Assembly (NCBI GenBank): GCA_030141605.1
Contig: JAQGDQ010000255.1
Span: forward strand, 1 to 56,391
Reading direction: 5' to 3'
DNA from: Tubiluchus corallicola
Taxonomy: Eukaryota > Animalia > Priapulida
Length of the DNA stretch: 56,391 bases
The notes beneath the pieces were generated by a model. It was not told where the DNA came from. It saw only the letters and a program-made list of their open reading frames with translations, and ran no database searches. This document shows positions 23,491 to 36,745 of the stretch, one piece after another. Positions within the stretch are counted from its first letter, which is position 1; every line of letters starts with the position of its first letter. The position numbers and the translations under genes are program-made.

Positions 23491-26400
23491 CTAAAATGAA
23501 AGAAAGCAGAGAGAAAAGCAGAAGTGTAATTTCAAAAGAATACACATAAATCTACTGCAAGCTGCCATACCGCGTTCTGTAACTTTTTTACATCAAAATG
23601 CACCGATTTTTTGCAGTTTTTCTTGTCTACGACCAATTTATAGCTAACTACACTTGTACCCTGACCTTCAGATAACGGAACCAACGAGACAGTTAGGTAA
23701 AAAAAGCGAAAAAGTAAATAAATAAACGCTAAAGAAACAAAGCTATACAATTCTGATGTTTGTTATTGTTTAGGAAATGTTAAACTTGGAGTTAAGTGAT
23801 GATTGATGACAAAAACAATTAATCATAATAACAAACTATTAATAAATGTGATGGCGATAATAGTTTATGTCCGAATCGTTTTGAATTTTTTGGGCTATAT
23901 CAGCTGGGCAACTGCCCCGCACGTATATATGTTAAGATGGCCCTGTGTAGAGCTAGTGGTACGCAGAATTTCGAGACTAGTGTACGAAGATGAGCTGTTT
24001 GCAGTAAAATTGTCTAGTTAATCTGTGTAAGTTTATACAAATGACAGATGACATTACTGAAATTCGCAGAAATGTATACGACGGCTATAATAATAATAAT
24101 ACGACTTATAATATGGTATACCAATAAATTCTAAAAAACGTAAACCTGGTACGTCGCACTTATAGTAACAAGTTTGTACATTGTAGCAGTTAGTACGTAT
24201 TCTTTGTTTTCTTACAGAACTGTAGTATACTGCACAAAAATCGTCATTCACATACGTGTTTGTACTTTCTAAAATGTAGCAGAACTTGCCTGCTGGCGCC
24301 AAATTACCAACCACTCTGATCTGTCGCTTATGCTCACAATGCACCCCTCAAATCTGGAATTTCATTTGTAAAATTTATGGGCGTCAGAGTCGTCAGTAGT
24401 TGACTCCTTTAGGCTTTTTGGATGATTCAAAAGTTTTGCGTGATGCTGTATGATTTTTTTTCCTCCTAGTTTCTCTAATTTTTCTACCAGGTTATCTCTT
24501 AGTTTTCTTTTTTGCTTTTTTTTACTTTTGTTTTTTCCTGGACTTATTTATGTGTCTTTTTACAATCTTTTTGCAAGTGTAGCTTTGCTTATGGATGCTT
24601 GGTAACCTTTGCTTACATTTTTTTCTCATCAATACCCGTAACTATACAGTATCTTCTTGTTTATGACCGAATCATTTATTTTGAGCAGCAAAATATTGAA
24701 TATTAGATTTTCTAATACCTTAGATTACGTGACGTGTTTTGATCTCAAAACATTTTATTTTACTTATCATCCATTTTACTCCAATAATTCATTTGATTAA
24801 CAAGCATTTGAATTTTATAATAACCCTATAAATATATACTATCATTATATTTTAATGATGAATAAAAGCGCTCTGCTTTACATAGTGTCAACCGACCACA
24901 AGTAAATCCTGTAATGAACCATGTATGAGGGCAGTGTGTATTGGACTCTTATAGTTGTACATTGCTCTCACACATTTTATTCTGTAAAAATAATTTTAAT
25001 GCTGGCTCATTTTCATTGTATTACATTTTGTGTGAAATAAATTTGGTTTATGTCTAAAAAGAAAATACCTGGGGTAACCTTATTAGTGCATGACCAATTC
25101 AATGCGCTAAAATCATTATACAATCTTTTCATGAATGTATCACTATAGATAACAGTATATTTGATGAACTTGTGAAGTTCTTAAGAAAACATTATTATTT
25201 TTAGTTCACTTGAAAAAGTAGATAGATTCCCTAAAATGCCACAATCGATTAAATTATTCCTAAAGTAACCCGCCATTGTACATTGGTGCACAGTCCAGGT
25301 GCAGTCTTCCTATTTAATTTGCTTTTTCCAAGTATCTTTACTTCATAAATTTATTTATTTAAATTTAGCAATTTTAGATAATATGATCACAAGTGTATTT
25401 TTGAAGCCACATCGTTTACAAAGACTCTTAATAATATTATGGAATGAGTGATTTTACATGTATGTGTAAAATGAACATTGGAGTTACTGAACTGCACGTA
25501 AGTAAAGCGTGATTGTTGTAGCGCGCTTTGTTGCACACAGAAGTTTTGATGGTAAAGGAATGTTCGCAATTTGACAGATTATTAGTGTTGCCAGCCAACT
25601 ATTTAGTACGTTTTTCGCCAGCAGCGCGAAGATTCTCGCCCAGTAATCCAGTACGTCTCGCTACAGTACTGGCTCTACTTATGAATTTTTGAATACTTTA
25701 ATCATTTAAATTCTTTAGATATCACAAGAACGAGACAAAATACACAATTACAAACTAAAGTACATACGTATGTTAGTGCTAGCAGTTAGCTTGAAAGTTT
25801 GCAGAAATTGTCGAGGTTGACTATTGTGATGGTCTAGTATGGTAATGTAGGGAATCACTAGCCTACAATCGTGCACATTATCAGTTTACATTCATAAGCT
25901 AGGCTTATGATGAAGACATAAAATTTACTTTTCTTTTGCCTTTTTAATTTAATTTGGTGTTCTACAAAATCGCATTTTGATCTCCCAAATTATTACCCCT
26001 GGTTGCTAGGTGAAGCCAGACGTTCACGTGAGCAGTGTGACCCGGGTTTTTTACCTGCCAATTGTATACCACGTAGTAGTAGAGAGTAGTTTTCTTGTGT
26101 TAAACGGAGGTATGTCTACATGTTAAGTACCTTCCGTCTTCTATCCTGTCTCAGTTTGATGTCAAGACATGTGATGTGGTCCCCGAGTTCTGGTTCAAGT
26201 TTCACGGACCCGAGGAGACGCTAGCAGATCACAGAAAGACGTAACGGTATTATACTTCTACTTATGTTATTACTCTCGTAAATCACCAACTGCTAATTAC
26301 CATTTGTCGTGTTGACACCATAAGGATGAAAGATTGTAAAGTGGTCAGTTTCACTTGAGGGGTGTGATGGCTGTTTCCATCGCCATATGAGGATCCTGTT

Positions 26401-27449
26401 ATCTTCACGTAGACGTTAAATTGTTTACCACGTTAGGAACGTTGTCTGTGCGACACTGTCATGCAAGAAATCTATAAGTGCGACTGTCAGTGTGAACCGT
26501 TGGACCGCTGGGTGAACACTCAGCAAAACCGGCAACATCGCTAGCTAGATCGCCAATATTCTGGGGAAAAGGTTTTCCTTTTTTTGTACATTGATGTTCA
26601 TTGTTATTTTTTTGAATATGTGGAATTTTATTAAATTTGTTGTTATATGTCATTACTTGTTTATTGAGAGTCGGACAAAATGTCATTAACCAATGAAAAG
26701 AAAACAACCCACGTATTATTTAGGAAAATTACGAACAAATATTTATTCCCGTGAACATTTATGAACCTATCTTAAAATTAGCATACACCTTCCGTGACAC
26801 GCTACGTCTACCCGAACGATCACAACTATAAAAACATCTACAATAAGATTGTAATTTCAGAACCGGCTCTAGAATGCAAATGATTCAGTCTGCGATCATC
26901 GTGATTGTAGAATGATGTCAGTTCCGCTCCCACAATCACGAAAGAACGTTCTGTTTGTGTACCGGAAAGTCGATCTTCTGTGGCCATTTAATACCCAAGA
27001 CTCAAAACTGTAGCGTAGGAACAACAACTGCTGTTGGTTAAACCTAAGTTATTTTATTTATTTGTCTCCACAGCTGCTGTAAATTTTCAAAAATGGTCGG
27101 TGAAACTTCTGATTGCTTCGACTTACAATAAAAATGGAAAATACTGTAACAATAGTTAAATCCAACTTTATTTTTCAACTGCTGTATACTAAGACCGAAG
27201 TCAGTATAGTTAAAGTAACTTCAGGACTTCTCTATTGGTTAGAAAAGTCAGTGCTTAAATTAAAATTGTAGTTGTAGACCTGAAAAAGCAGGAACCTGGT
27301 TGAGCTTATGGTCAGAACATCTAATTTTTATATAAATGGCCCGGGACGAGTCCAATGGTCACACAAGGAAAGAAATCCAGTTAGAAAGTGAAAATTTACA
27401 TAAAAACAGATCAAAAATAGGCTCTTTATAGTATAATAAAAACAATTTA

Positions 27450-28330
27450 CTGATAGGAGACTGGAAGTGTCTTCTAACGTTCATCTCGAAGCAATCTCAA
27501 GAAATCTGCAGTAGGCCAATAATCGCAGACTCACAGTTAACAGAAATATGATAAAGAATTCTGCAGATATGCAAGTCACAAGTCAAAATACCATTTTCAC
27601 TATTTTTAACAAGCAAAGCAAAATGTCATAAAAGAAGAATAAAAGCTTCAACTATTCCTTTCATTTATTTTTGACTGACACCATGTTGTTATGGCGATAT
27701 GGGGTGCAAAATCAACCTGGCAAGAGGGTTTCTTCGATCACCGATTGATGTTCAGCAGAAATTCAAAGCACAATATGGACCTCACTGTTCAAGTTTCATA
27801 ATGGGGTTTTTTAATAAAGTGAAGCCCTTCCTCACCACAAGTGACTTTCTCAATGCAATATGCCTGGCTTACATTGGATTGGTCTTCAAAACTTTTGAAG
27901 TCCGTAAACAAAGTAGAGAAAATAGCAGAGCCTATTGCCCTACTATATAGCGCAGAAGTTCTTTTTAGATTTTCATCTAATTTAACTAAAGGATTGCTCA
28001 AAGTTTTAGTTTAACTGTATCAGAAAATGCAGAAAATGTAAAGTGTATTTGACTTGTGGGACACTGTATAACAGGAGCACAAGCTGGATTTTATAAACTG
28101 ACTTCTAGGCCATCCTAGCTTTGTCATGTTCACAGTACCTCAGCATATAAACTAATGATATCAGAGTTATGACGTATGAGGGGCACTGCATGAACACAGC
28201 TTATAATGCGTTTAATTCTTCCTTGTCAAATGTATCCCCACGTAGGCCTAAGTTTTGCATAGAATACAATCAACTCCGGATTCATCTTATAGATCGCCTT
28301 TGCTAAGATTATTATTAATAAACTAGCAGC
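27450..28330 (+). mobile_element. Highly decayed CR1/L2-type LINE 3' ORF2 fragment
   Basis: Remnant peptides NNRRLTVN (cf. N.L.LN..KT) and IDVQQKFK...CSS...GFFNKVKPFL (cf. ID..L.FK.HI..ICSK...G.L.K.R.FL) in the expected order; many stops. Confidence 0.4.
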
Positions 28331-29084
28331 ACATTGGAATTACACGATTTTTATGAATATAGAAAAAAATCGGAATTCTGACTAAATTGTATAATAATAA
28401 TGTAACACTGCATTAATTAAAAATTAATAATTAAGAATTTGAGAACTTTTTCAATTGGTAAAGTGAATACCGTCAAAAGTTGGTAGAATATGCACGGCCC
28501 TTAATATGGTATTATTTATAGCTAAATAGTGTATAAATTTAATTTTTAATTGGAGCTATAAAATACTAACCTGATACAGATATGTACTTATAGTCATATT
28601 ATCCATCCTAATTAATGTCATAATTTTTTTCTCGAATAAACTGATACTGGTTGATTTTCAGCAGACGTCAGAGTGATTTGCGATTTTCATTTATTCATTT
28701 GTGGAGTCACACGACTTTTGAATTCTGATATGATCCTCGTACTCACTTCAGTTCATGCAGTCCTGTCACCTGCAACTCTGCAAGTCTCATGCATTTTTGC
28801 AATGTAAAGCATTGTATAATATAATTATAATGGTGTGTCGATCATATCTTCCTGTATCAATTTTATGTAAGTCAGCAACTTTCCGTTGTTTTCTTTCTTC
28901 AGTGCTCTTTGAATTTGTTCCCTGCAAATAAAGGAATCGAATTTATATTGTTTATAGTCTTTTGAAAATAAAAAATAACAATAAAAAACTAATGAATGCG
29001 AATTTTAATGAGATGTCATTTAGTAGTCGTATTACATGTCTTATCCATCTCAATTTTTTGACTGTTGCGATTTTGCTAAAATTA

Positions 29085-29200
29085 TTGTGGCGCATTCGTT
29101 CAAGCCGTTGGCGGCTGGCTACTGTTCTATGGCAACCCTAGAATTCTTGCGCTAGAACTTGCGCAGTTAGCTTTGTGACATGGCCGACTTTCCATTTTGT
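29085..29200 (+). promoter_or_regulatory. Candidate LATS/warts (possibly bidirectional) promoter
   Basis: Local CpG enrichment; X-box-like GTTCTATGGCAAC 29124-29136; repeated TAGAA..TTGCGC; CATGGCCG and CCATTTT (YY1-like); possible donor GTATGT near 29199; about 2 kb upstream of the ATG exon acceptor. Confidence 0.4.
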
Positions 29201-30364
29201 ATGTTAGTGTTTACTGTGGTCTGAGTCTAATAGTGTCGTTGTAGCACCAGTTTTTATTTATTTTAGGATATATTTAGTTCATTTTGCAGACCTTTTGGTG
29301 TTAAAGTTGTGTACAGAAAAAGATATTTAGGTGACCGCTTTTTTCATTTTTATAATGACGATTATTTTTAAAAGTTGGACTAAACCGTAACTTAGTAAAA
29401 TTGTCAGCACGAAATTTGGCGTGAGTAGAACATGCTGGGCTGCTGGTACTTTTACTGAGTACCTACCGTTTCCCATTATAGAAATACAGCTCTTCGTCAG
29501 TGACATATGCTCTTGCAGCTTGTAATTGTGCGTTTTTAAAATAGACGTTAAATAAACGTTTTTCTTATCTTAATCATTTTGATAATAAACAATTATGTTG
29601 TTAGTCACGTGCTCGGCGTAATCAAAATAATGCTGTTGTGATCACCAAATGAATGTCATTTGTAGACTTGTCTAGAATCTCACAGCTCTAGTTGCTCATT
29701 AAATGAAAGGTTCTGAAACTGCTAATTTTCTAGAAAGTTGGCTTCAATGTATATGTTTTGTTGAGCCAAAACTCTAACCTAAGAAAATTGGAAATTTGAT
29801 GTAATTCTAGTTTACGAACGCGTTATCCTCAAACAAAAGATAATGTTTATAAGTATAAGTGTTGTGACAAAAGCCAGACTGATGTCTGATATATATATTC
29901 AAGATTTGGCTAGAAGTTTTTACTTTGTCAAAAAATCCTAAGGGATCCTAAGGTATATATAGCAACCAGAATGCTTAGTTTCTTAAGGTCCCTTGTTTTG
30001 AGATACAGTATAAGAAACATGCGATGTTTCACATTATAGATCTAAATGAACTAGTGTCATTGTGGTGGCAGTATTTTATATGTAAGATTTTCATTATAAA
30101 TTACAGTTTTGTAATTTGCTATTTTAAGTTAAAGAATGAGAGCTTAATTCATAAATGATGCTTTATTAGGAAGAATATTAGTTTAGGCAACAACTTTATT
30201 GCCTGTTTTGTAAATTAGGCTAAACAAGAATTAATGTAGACAACAATATGTAAGCTGTGTAGAGATGGGGTGGCAAAAGACCAGGAGGTCATTGAGTCAC
30301 CCATCCTGTATAACTTAAGCATAGTGTAAAGGACTGCAGAATACATGGTTAGGTGGAAAATATG

Positions 30365-30890
30365 TAATTAGATCTTAAATGTAGCAAATGCACAAAATGC
30401 AATACAGTTAAGTCATTATTATAACAACGGAAAAAAGCAAGCTAGTAATGTAGTTAAATCATAAATGCAACAAATGACCAAAATGCAGTTAAGTCAGGAA
30501 TGCAACAACAAAAAAGCAAGCTAGTAATGCAGTTAATTCATAAATGCAGCACATAAACAGAAGGGAAGAAAATTATGCAATAAATCTTAAATGTAGTAAA
30601 TGAACAAAAGCAATCAATAATGCAGTTAAATCATAATGTGACAAATAAACACAAAATGCAAGTAATGCAGTTAATGTATAAATGTAGCTAATAAATAAAA
30701 AGCAAGCAAAAACTGCAATTAAATTTAAATGTAACATATGAAAAAAGCAAATCATAAATATAGCGAATGAGCAAAATTCAGTTAACTTGCAAATGTAACA
30801 ATAGAAAAAGCAAGCAAGTAATGCTGTTAGAGTGTAAGTACAGCAAATAAATAAAAAGTAAGCAAATGCTATAGTTAAATTTATGAATGT
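30365..30890. repeat. Degenerate A-rich 35-40 bp minisatellite
   Basis: More than 10 repeats of GTTAAATCATAAATG(C/T)A(A/G)CAAAT...AAAAGCAAG..AATGCA. Confidence 0.85.
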
Positions 30891-31279
30891 TTTTGTTCTT
30901 GGGACCTCTTCAGCTAATGAAATTGCTGGGTTTGTTCTTTTAGAGCCTCACATGGCTTAAAACTAACTGATACATTTTTTTTGTTGAAGGTTCTGGATAC
31001 AAAGTGAAAGGTTGGTGTAGGAGCCACATCAGGTGACTTTGGGTGGCAGCAGTGAATAACTGTACCTGCTGTCTATACTCAACTGCCTGACATACAGCTC
31101 GGATGGCAAAAATGGTTAGTTTTAGTGTGAATGTGAGATGGGTCGAAATCACTATTTGGTGCTGCAGCATTATTTGTAAACCAGTAGTAAATCTGCATGT
31201 TAATTGAAAAGCGATGAGATTGGTGTCAGAAATAAAATGTGTTGTATTGTGTTTTGCTTGATTAACATTAGTGGAACAC

Positions 31280-31696
31280 ATGATTCGCCGTGACGCTGAC
31301 CGTAACATTCGGCGAGCAAATTTGACCTCTGTATATTCTGGAAACAGTCGACAATTGTCGTCTTCGGATAAGCCCGAAGAGTTGGTGCAGAGGCAGGCCT
31401 CGTCAAGTGCAAATGGCAAACTTGAATTAATGCAGATCAAGGGTGCAGCGGGACAACCTCAGGATGTGAGGTCTGCCAGCGGTAAAATCGTGCAAATTGG
31501 TGCTAATTCAGCCGGTGGCTATTATGGCAAACAGAAGGTTCGAGAATCTGAAAAGCTCACCAAACGACTGAATGAGATAAAAAGCAGTTTGCAACCATTC
31601 GAGAATGGACCTGCGGGGGAGAATGGACATGATCACGATGTCGGCTCTCGAGGTTCCATTGTCTTACGGCAGTTGGTTTCACTTGGCATAGATGAG
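31280..31696 (+). CDS. LATS: LATS/warts coding exon 1
   Basis: MIRRD...YSGNSRQL...KRLNEIKSSLQPF...LRQLVSLGIDE, matching LATS N-terminal motifs (YSGNSRQ, L.EI..SL.PF, start of UBA); acceptor ending 31271; donor at 31697, phase 0. Confidence 0.88.
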
Positions 31697-34600
31697 GTAA
31701 TACGACTACATTCTTTACTGTGTGCAGGTCAACATATTTCACACTTGGCTGCATAGTGCCTTAGAATCTAAAAATAATTTTTTCAATGAGAGTTGTTCAG
31801 TGGAACGATTGCAGCTGTTAGGGTTTTCATTTAAATTAAAATCATCATTAAAAAAGAGTCAACTAGTGTTTAAATAACCAAAACTATTAACCATGTGGTA
31901 CTTGTGTAAATAATGAATAGGCCTAAAAATATAAGCTGGCAATAAGGTGTTGCAAAAAAAACATTTAGGTATGGAACGCAAAATCAATGTTTACAAAATA
32001 TAATTGACAAGACACTATAGATAACAAGTGTAATATCATTGTGTAATAAGAATATTACAGGACATAATGCAGTGCTCAAAATGCTGTTTTTCTTGTTGTT
32101 CTGTAGTTAACTGACATGAATGGTTCATTCCAGGTTTTTCAATCTACCTGCTTTAAATCACTTATTCTTAAAATAATGTCAGTTATTGCAAATAGTCCAG
32201 GCTTTCTACTTATGACCATTTAATAGATCGTATAAGGGCAAGGTTTTTTCTTATGGGGCCAGCATGGGCTTACTGAGATCTGTGCAAAAAATGATTAATA
32301 TTCAGCTACGTGCATACATACCTGTTGCATCATGCAACAAGCATCAGGAAGGCTGCTTAAATTCACTATGAATAACGTAACATTGACTATGAATAAACAT
32401 CCTGGTTCTCTAGTTAGTTAGGATAAATAGTTGACTGCAAAGCTAGATTTCCGACAGTTTTAGGCTCTGAGCAGCTTGGTGAATGTTGTGCTCGATTAAG
32501 CGGGAATTATCCAGGCATCCAGAGTCACTCGTGGTTGGCATTTGTTGCACTTACGTTTAATAGAGCAAGACCTGCGCATATTAAAAAGCAGTAAGTGCCT
32601 ATAATAAACAGCACTGTTCATTGAATTGCGGTTATGTGTTTATTTTGCTAGGAGCTACCAGGAAATGAAAATAAGCAAAAATCCCCGCAAATCACCTTAT
32701 GCTGCTCAACCCCCGGAGGAACGTTAGTGAAACATTAGCTCTTTTGTACATACAACTAAATATCAGCAAGCACAGTGTGAGTGCTTCACATACAAGATGT
32801 TCAGTGTTTCAGTAAATGAAGTTTGTCAAATATCAAGCCATTTAGATGAACACAAAAATTAGCACAGCTAAACTTAGCCAGGCTAAACTTGTAATCTCAT
32901 CCAAGTGGTGGTCAGATTGTTAAAAGTTATTCCTTACCAGTGGTTAGTATTAAAACTCTTTTGTGGTTATGGTTAATATTGGAATGTTTTCGCTTTTGAT
33001 ACTCAGATAAGCTCATAGATATGTAGAAGCTGCAGATTTGGTATCAAAACTTCCTTCCCTAGGGTTAAGTCCCTGTTATATTATATATTAAAACTGTGAA
33101 TGCCCCAAAAATGCATTTTTGTGGTAGGACATTTTTAATGTCAGTTTAATGAGGCATTAACTCATCCGAAAAATGTTTACCATTAGAACTAGTGAGTCTT
33201 AGACGAAGAGAAATTATTAGGGCTTCTAAATGGGAATTGATAAGGTACACTTAGAACTGTGAGTGAAACATATCCATTCAGTTCTGAGTGGTGGTTGTCA
33301 ACTTTAAGTTATTTTTGTCAGCCCCAGCTATCAGTTACTGACAGTTCTTGCTTTTTAGTTAGAAAAACTCTAAGAGATGATCAGGAGCAGTAATAAAAAA
33401 AGAGAACTTTAGTCCATTTCAAAGATTTTAGGAATCACAGTTCTGACTTTTTCCAAAAACGATCTACTTCTCGATTCTGAATACCGGAAAGGATAACACT
33501 TTTTGTTGCTACTTTTTATCAAGTGTCCATATAAAATTATTATTACTTTAACTATTCAGCAGGTTGAGGTGTGAATTATTATTTTAAAATTAAATAAATT
33601 GATAAATATCTCAAAGGTTCATGAGTTCCAGATTATAAATTAATGTGGTAATAAGGTGAAGGCTGGTTATATTGATTTTCAGAAGTTTAATTACTGTGTT
33701 AACGTCAGAAGCATCATTGCATTTTTATATAGATGATATCCTATATTTCTCTCTGGCAAAGTACTATAGCTTTTTTTAATGTCTTCAGAGGTGAAGGTAA
33801 TTGTCTCTGCCATCAATATGTTTCTCCTGATCTTTAAGACTTAAGTTGACGATGATTATACCAATCTTCATAATCTTGGCAGTCATACACGTATCAAAAT
33901 TTACAATACAAACTTGTCTTGTATTTGGACATATTCAGAATGGGATTGGAATGAGAGAATGGTATCTGGCCACCACATTGACAGCCTCTGTGAGTCAGTG
34001 ATGTCTTAGTGTTTTTCTGTGTTGTGTAATAGATATTTCATTAAGTCTTGGTCCTGAATTAGCTTCTTGGTAAACGAAACTTGCTGAGCTGTGGCCAACG
34101 TTTCTAGGTAAATAAACACAGTTAACGCTCATTTATTTTAATGTACATCGGAAGCCATGCTAGCTAAACTTAACATATCAAGTTTGTAGCGTTTTCGCTT
34201 ATGTGTATAACTTTGGAGAATTGTGTGTATATTAGTTAGGAGAAAACTGTAGGTGGTGCACTTTGTGGTGTTGCAAAATTTCTAACCACACACAATGACT
34301 GATTAGTCATTCTTGAAATTGTGAAAGGTGACATGTTTGTTTGGCAGTGTAATGTCAGAGAATATAACCTTAATTCGTAAAAAAGACGGATGCATGAGAA
34401 AAGTTAGTATTATTCGAAAAGCATGATAATATGTTCAGAAAAGTAACCGAGCCTAGTCGCGCACGCCATATTCTGCTGCCTTCATAAAGAAAAACGGAAC
34501 ACATCAGACACGGAAAGTGCTTGTTTTCCAGACCCAAATTAAAGACAAAAAGGGAAACTAATATTTTTATAATTAGATGTATTTTTAATGCAGATTACCA

Positions 34601-36039
34601 TTAATATTTTATCTCTAAAAGCTCTTTTTTTTGGTTTTATTGTTTAATACAAAAATTTTACTCTGTTTTATACATACGCATTTTTTTAGGATAGTACTCA
34701 AGGATATGTCTTAATTATAGGTTTTATTTGATATATTGTAATTGTATTAGCAGAGCTCTGTATTTTAAATTGAAATGTAAATTAGCTTGCCTAAATATTG
34801 TTCCCAATTTACACAAATAACTTCTCAACTGTAAAGTAGCCATAAAGAATGGAAACTTTTTTTTACAAAAATAAAGATCTTTACTTACTTCTAATTCTAC
34901 GCTACGCTTACTGTGTGTAACCATAATTCTAGACCGAGATTTAGAGCCGTTTGATTACCTTATTTTTATCTCCAAAATGAGTACGTATAATTTGTTCAAC
35001 AAAATAGAAGGAAAATTAATATCTGGAAAAAAAGATTTTGAAATAGGAGAATGTGTGCGAAAAAGGTGTTATCTTTGTTGCCGGTAGTTAGTTGACAAGG
35101 AGGTGACGCTTGCTCACTTTTGGTTCTTTGTTTGCGTGTGTGTTTCTTTGTCCAAGCGATATGTCAGAAAGTTTGGAATTTCAACAAAAATTCTCAGGGA
35201 GGTTGTATCTCGAAAGCGTAACGAGTGATTGGGAAACTGAACTTGTAGGCTTTACAAACTCGGCAGTTTAATTTGTCTTTAAATTTACTACTGCTTGGGC
35301 TGTAAAAATAAATTTAATTTTCTTTTATTTCATTGATTTGCATTTGAGAAGTTGAATTGTTTGTCAGTATTATTAAAACAATTACGTTTTTATAAATGTA
35401 TTCTTTGCTAGAATTGCTATAGTTTTTGCTTGAAAAACATATTTTGTATTGATTCTGTTCAACTCATTTGCGTAGACAGTACAAATAGTGTAGATGTAAG
35501 TATAGATATGGTATAACTTCCTATATATCATAAATTATCAGTATACATATTGTTTATTGGGCTGAATCACAAGCAGAAAAACATATTGTGACTAGAAAGA
35601 AAAAAGACAAATACCGTTCCACTTATAAATAATATAAACTGGACTGGCTCACTCGTATTCACAACGCAACAAACATTCATGTTACTATAATAAGATTAAA
35701 AAACTTAGCTCCATTTACAATATTTATATAATGGTGCTAGCCAAAATTCTCATTTGAGTGTCATTTACATTATTACAGTGCAGTGCAAAATTATACAATT
35801 TTTACATTGCTTCTGACTGTAAGTGTGTCGTAAATATACTTAATCAAAATAGTTTTAACCTCAATGTCATTTGTACTATTCAGAAACACAAATTTATCAT
35901 TTTCACGCATTTATTTAATTGTAGCACCTATGTGCTCGATCTGACACACCTATTTGAGACCGATTTTTGTGCCCGACTATAAAATTTTGGCTGTATATTA
36001 GCTCCTCGGACGAAAATGTTGCAACTAAGCGTGTCATTT

Positions 36040-36745
36040 TGAGGTTACACATTCCTGGCGCGTATTTTACAGCGTAACCTCCGATTCATAAAACTAAATA
36101 TTTCTAGTTTGGACAAAAGCAGCAGCTACTTCGCGGCCCCAATTAATTTATTGACATTCCGATGTTTCGATATATCGGCCTTGTTTAACAGGGTTTTGAT
36201 TGGACTCTCTAACTGTGCACTATGCCAGGTATTTAGGTTAGGAACGACGGACACAAAGAAATAGCGACGTGTGCGATGAATGGCGTAATTGTTGTATGCA
36301 GGCATTGCTACCCTCAGGCTAATCTGCCTTATAACTTGTTTGAACGCCTTTATCTCAGGAATTTACAAATAAATATAGTCAGCGCTGCAGTCGTTTTCTC
36401 GTTCATAAACGTTAAGTCGTTTGCGCACATAAAGTAAACGAAATTCTTCTGTATCTTATCTAAATATATTTATCATTGCCCGCGCTCCCCGTAGTGTTGA
36501 CTACTGCTGCTTGTGGTATGCGAGTGCGTCATTGAAATTCCGACTCATGGATGACCCAGTACAGCACGTTACAATACAGTAGCTTCAGGAATGTGTGACG
36601 TCATCGGAGCGTACACAGCACGTACAGCATGAATGTGTTGCTTTCGTGAAAGTAGTCCGAGCTTAAATTATTGCAGTCGGAAGACGTTTTTCGGAATGTT
36701 GAAATATAGGGCGTCCCCAGTGTACTTTATTTAACATGGTAAACT
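36040..36745. promoter_or_regulatory. Candidate TEAD/Scalloped-bound intronic enhancer or alternative promoter
   Basis: ACATTCC at 36049 and 36154, GGAATGT at 36588 and 36693, TGACGTCA at 36596; CpG-richer than the surrounding intron. Confidence 0.5.

Noticed and set aside
23532-23750. FDVKKLQNAVW resembling the condensin-H C-terminal motif
   Set aside because: Too short, with no other kleisin-like exons nearby.
24054-24344. 96-aa Cys/Tyr-rich minus-strand ORF ending FCEFQ, superficially like a C-type lectin
   Set aside because: GTG start with an in-frame stop just upstream, no in-frame acceptor, and no WIGL/WND motifs; compatible with chance.
30940-31440. 166-aa antisense ORF over LATS exon 1, and other shadow ORFs over LATS, DET1 and Gypsy
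   Set aside because: Antisense or alternative-frame by-products of real coding sequence with no recognisable motifs.
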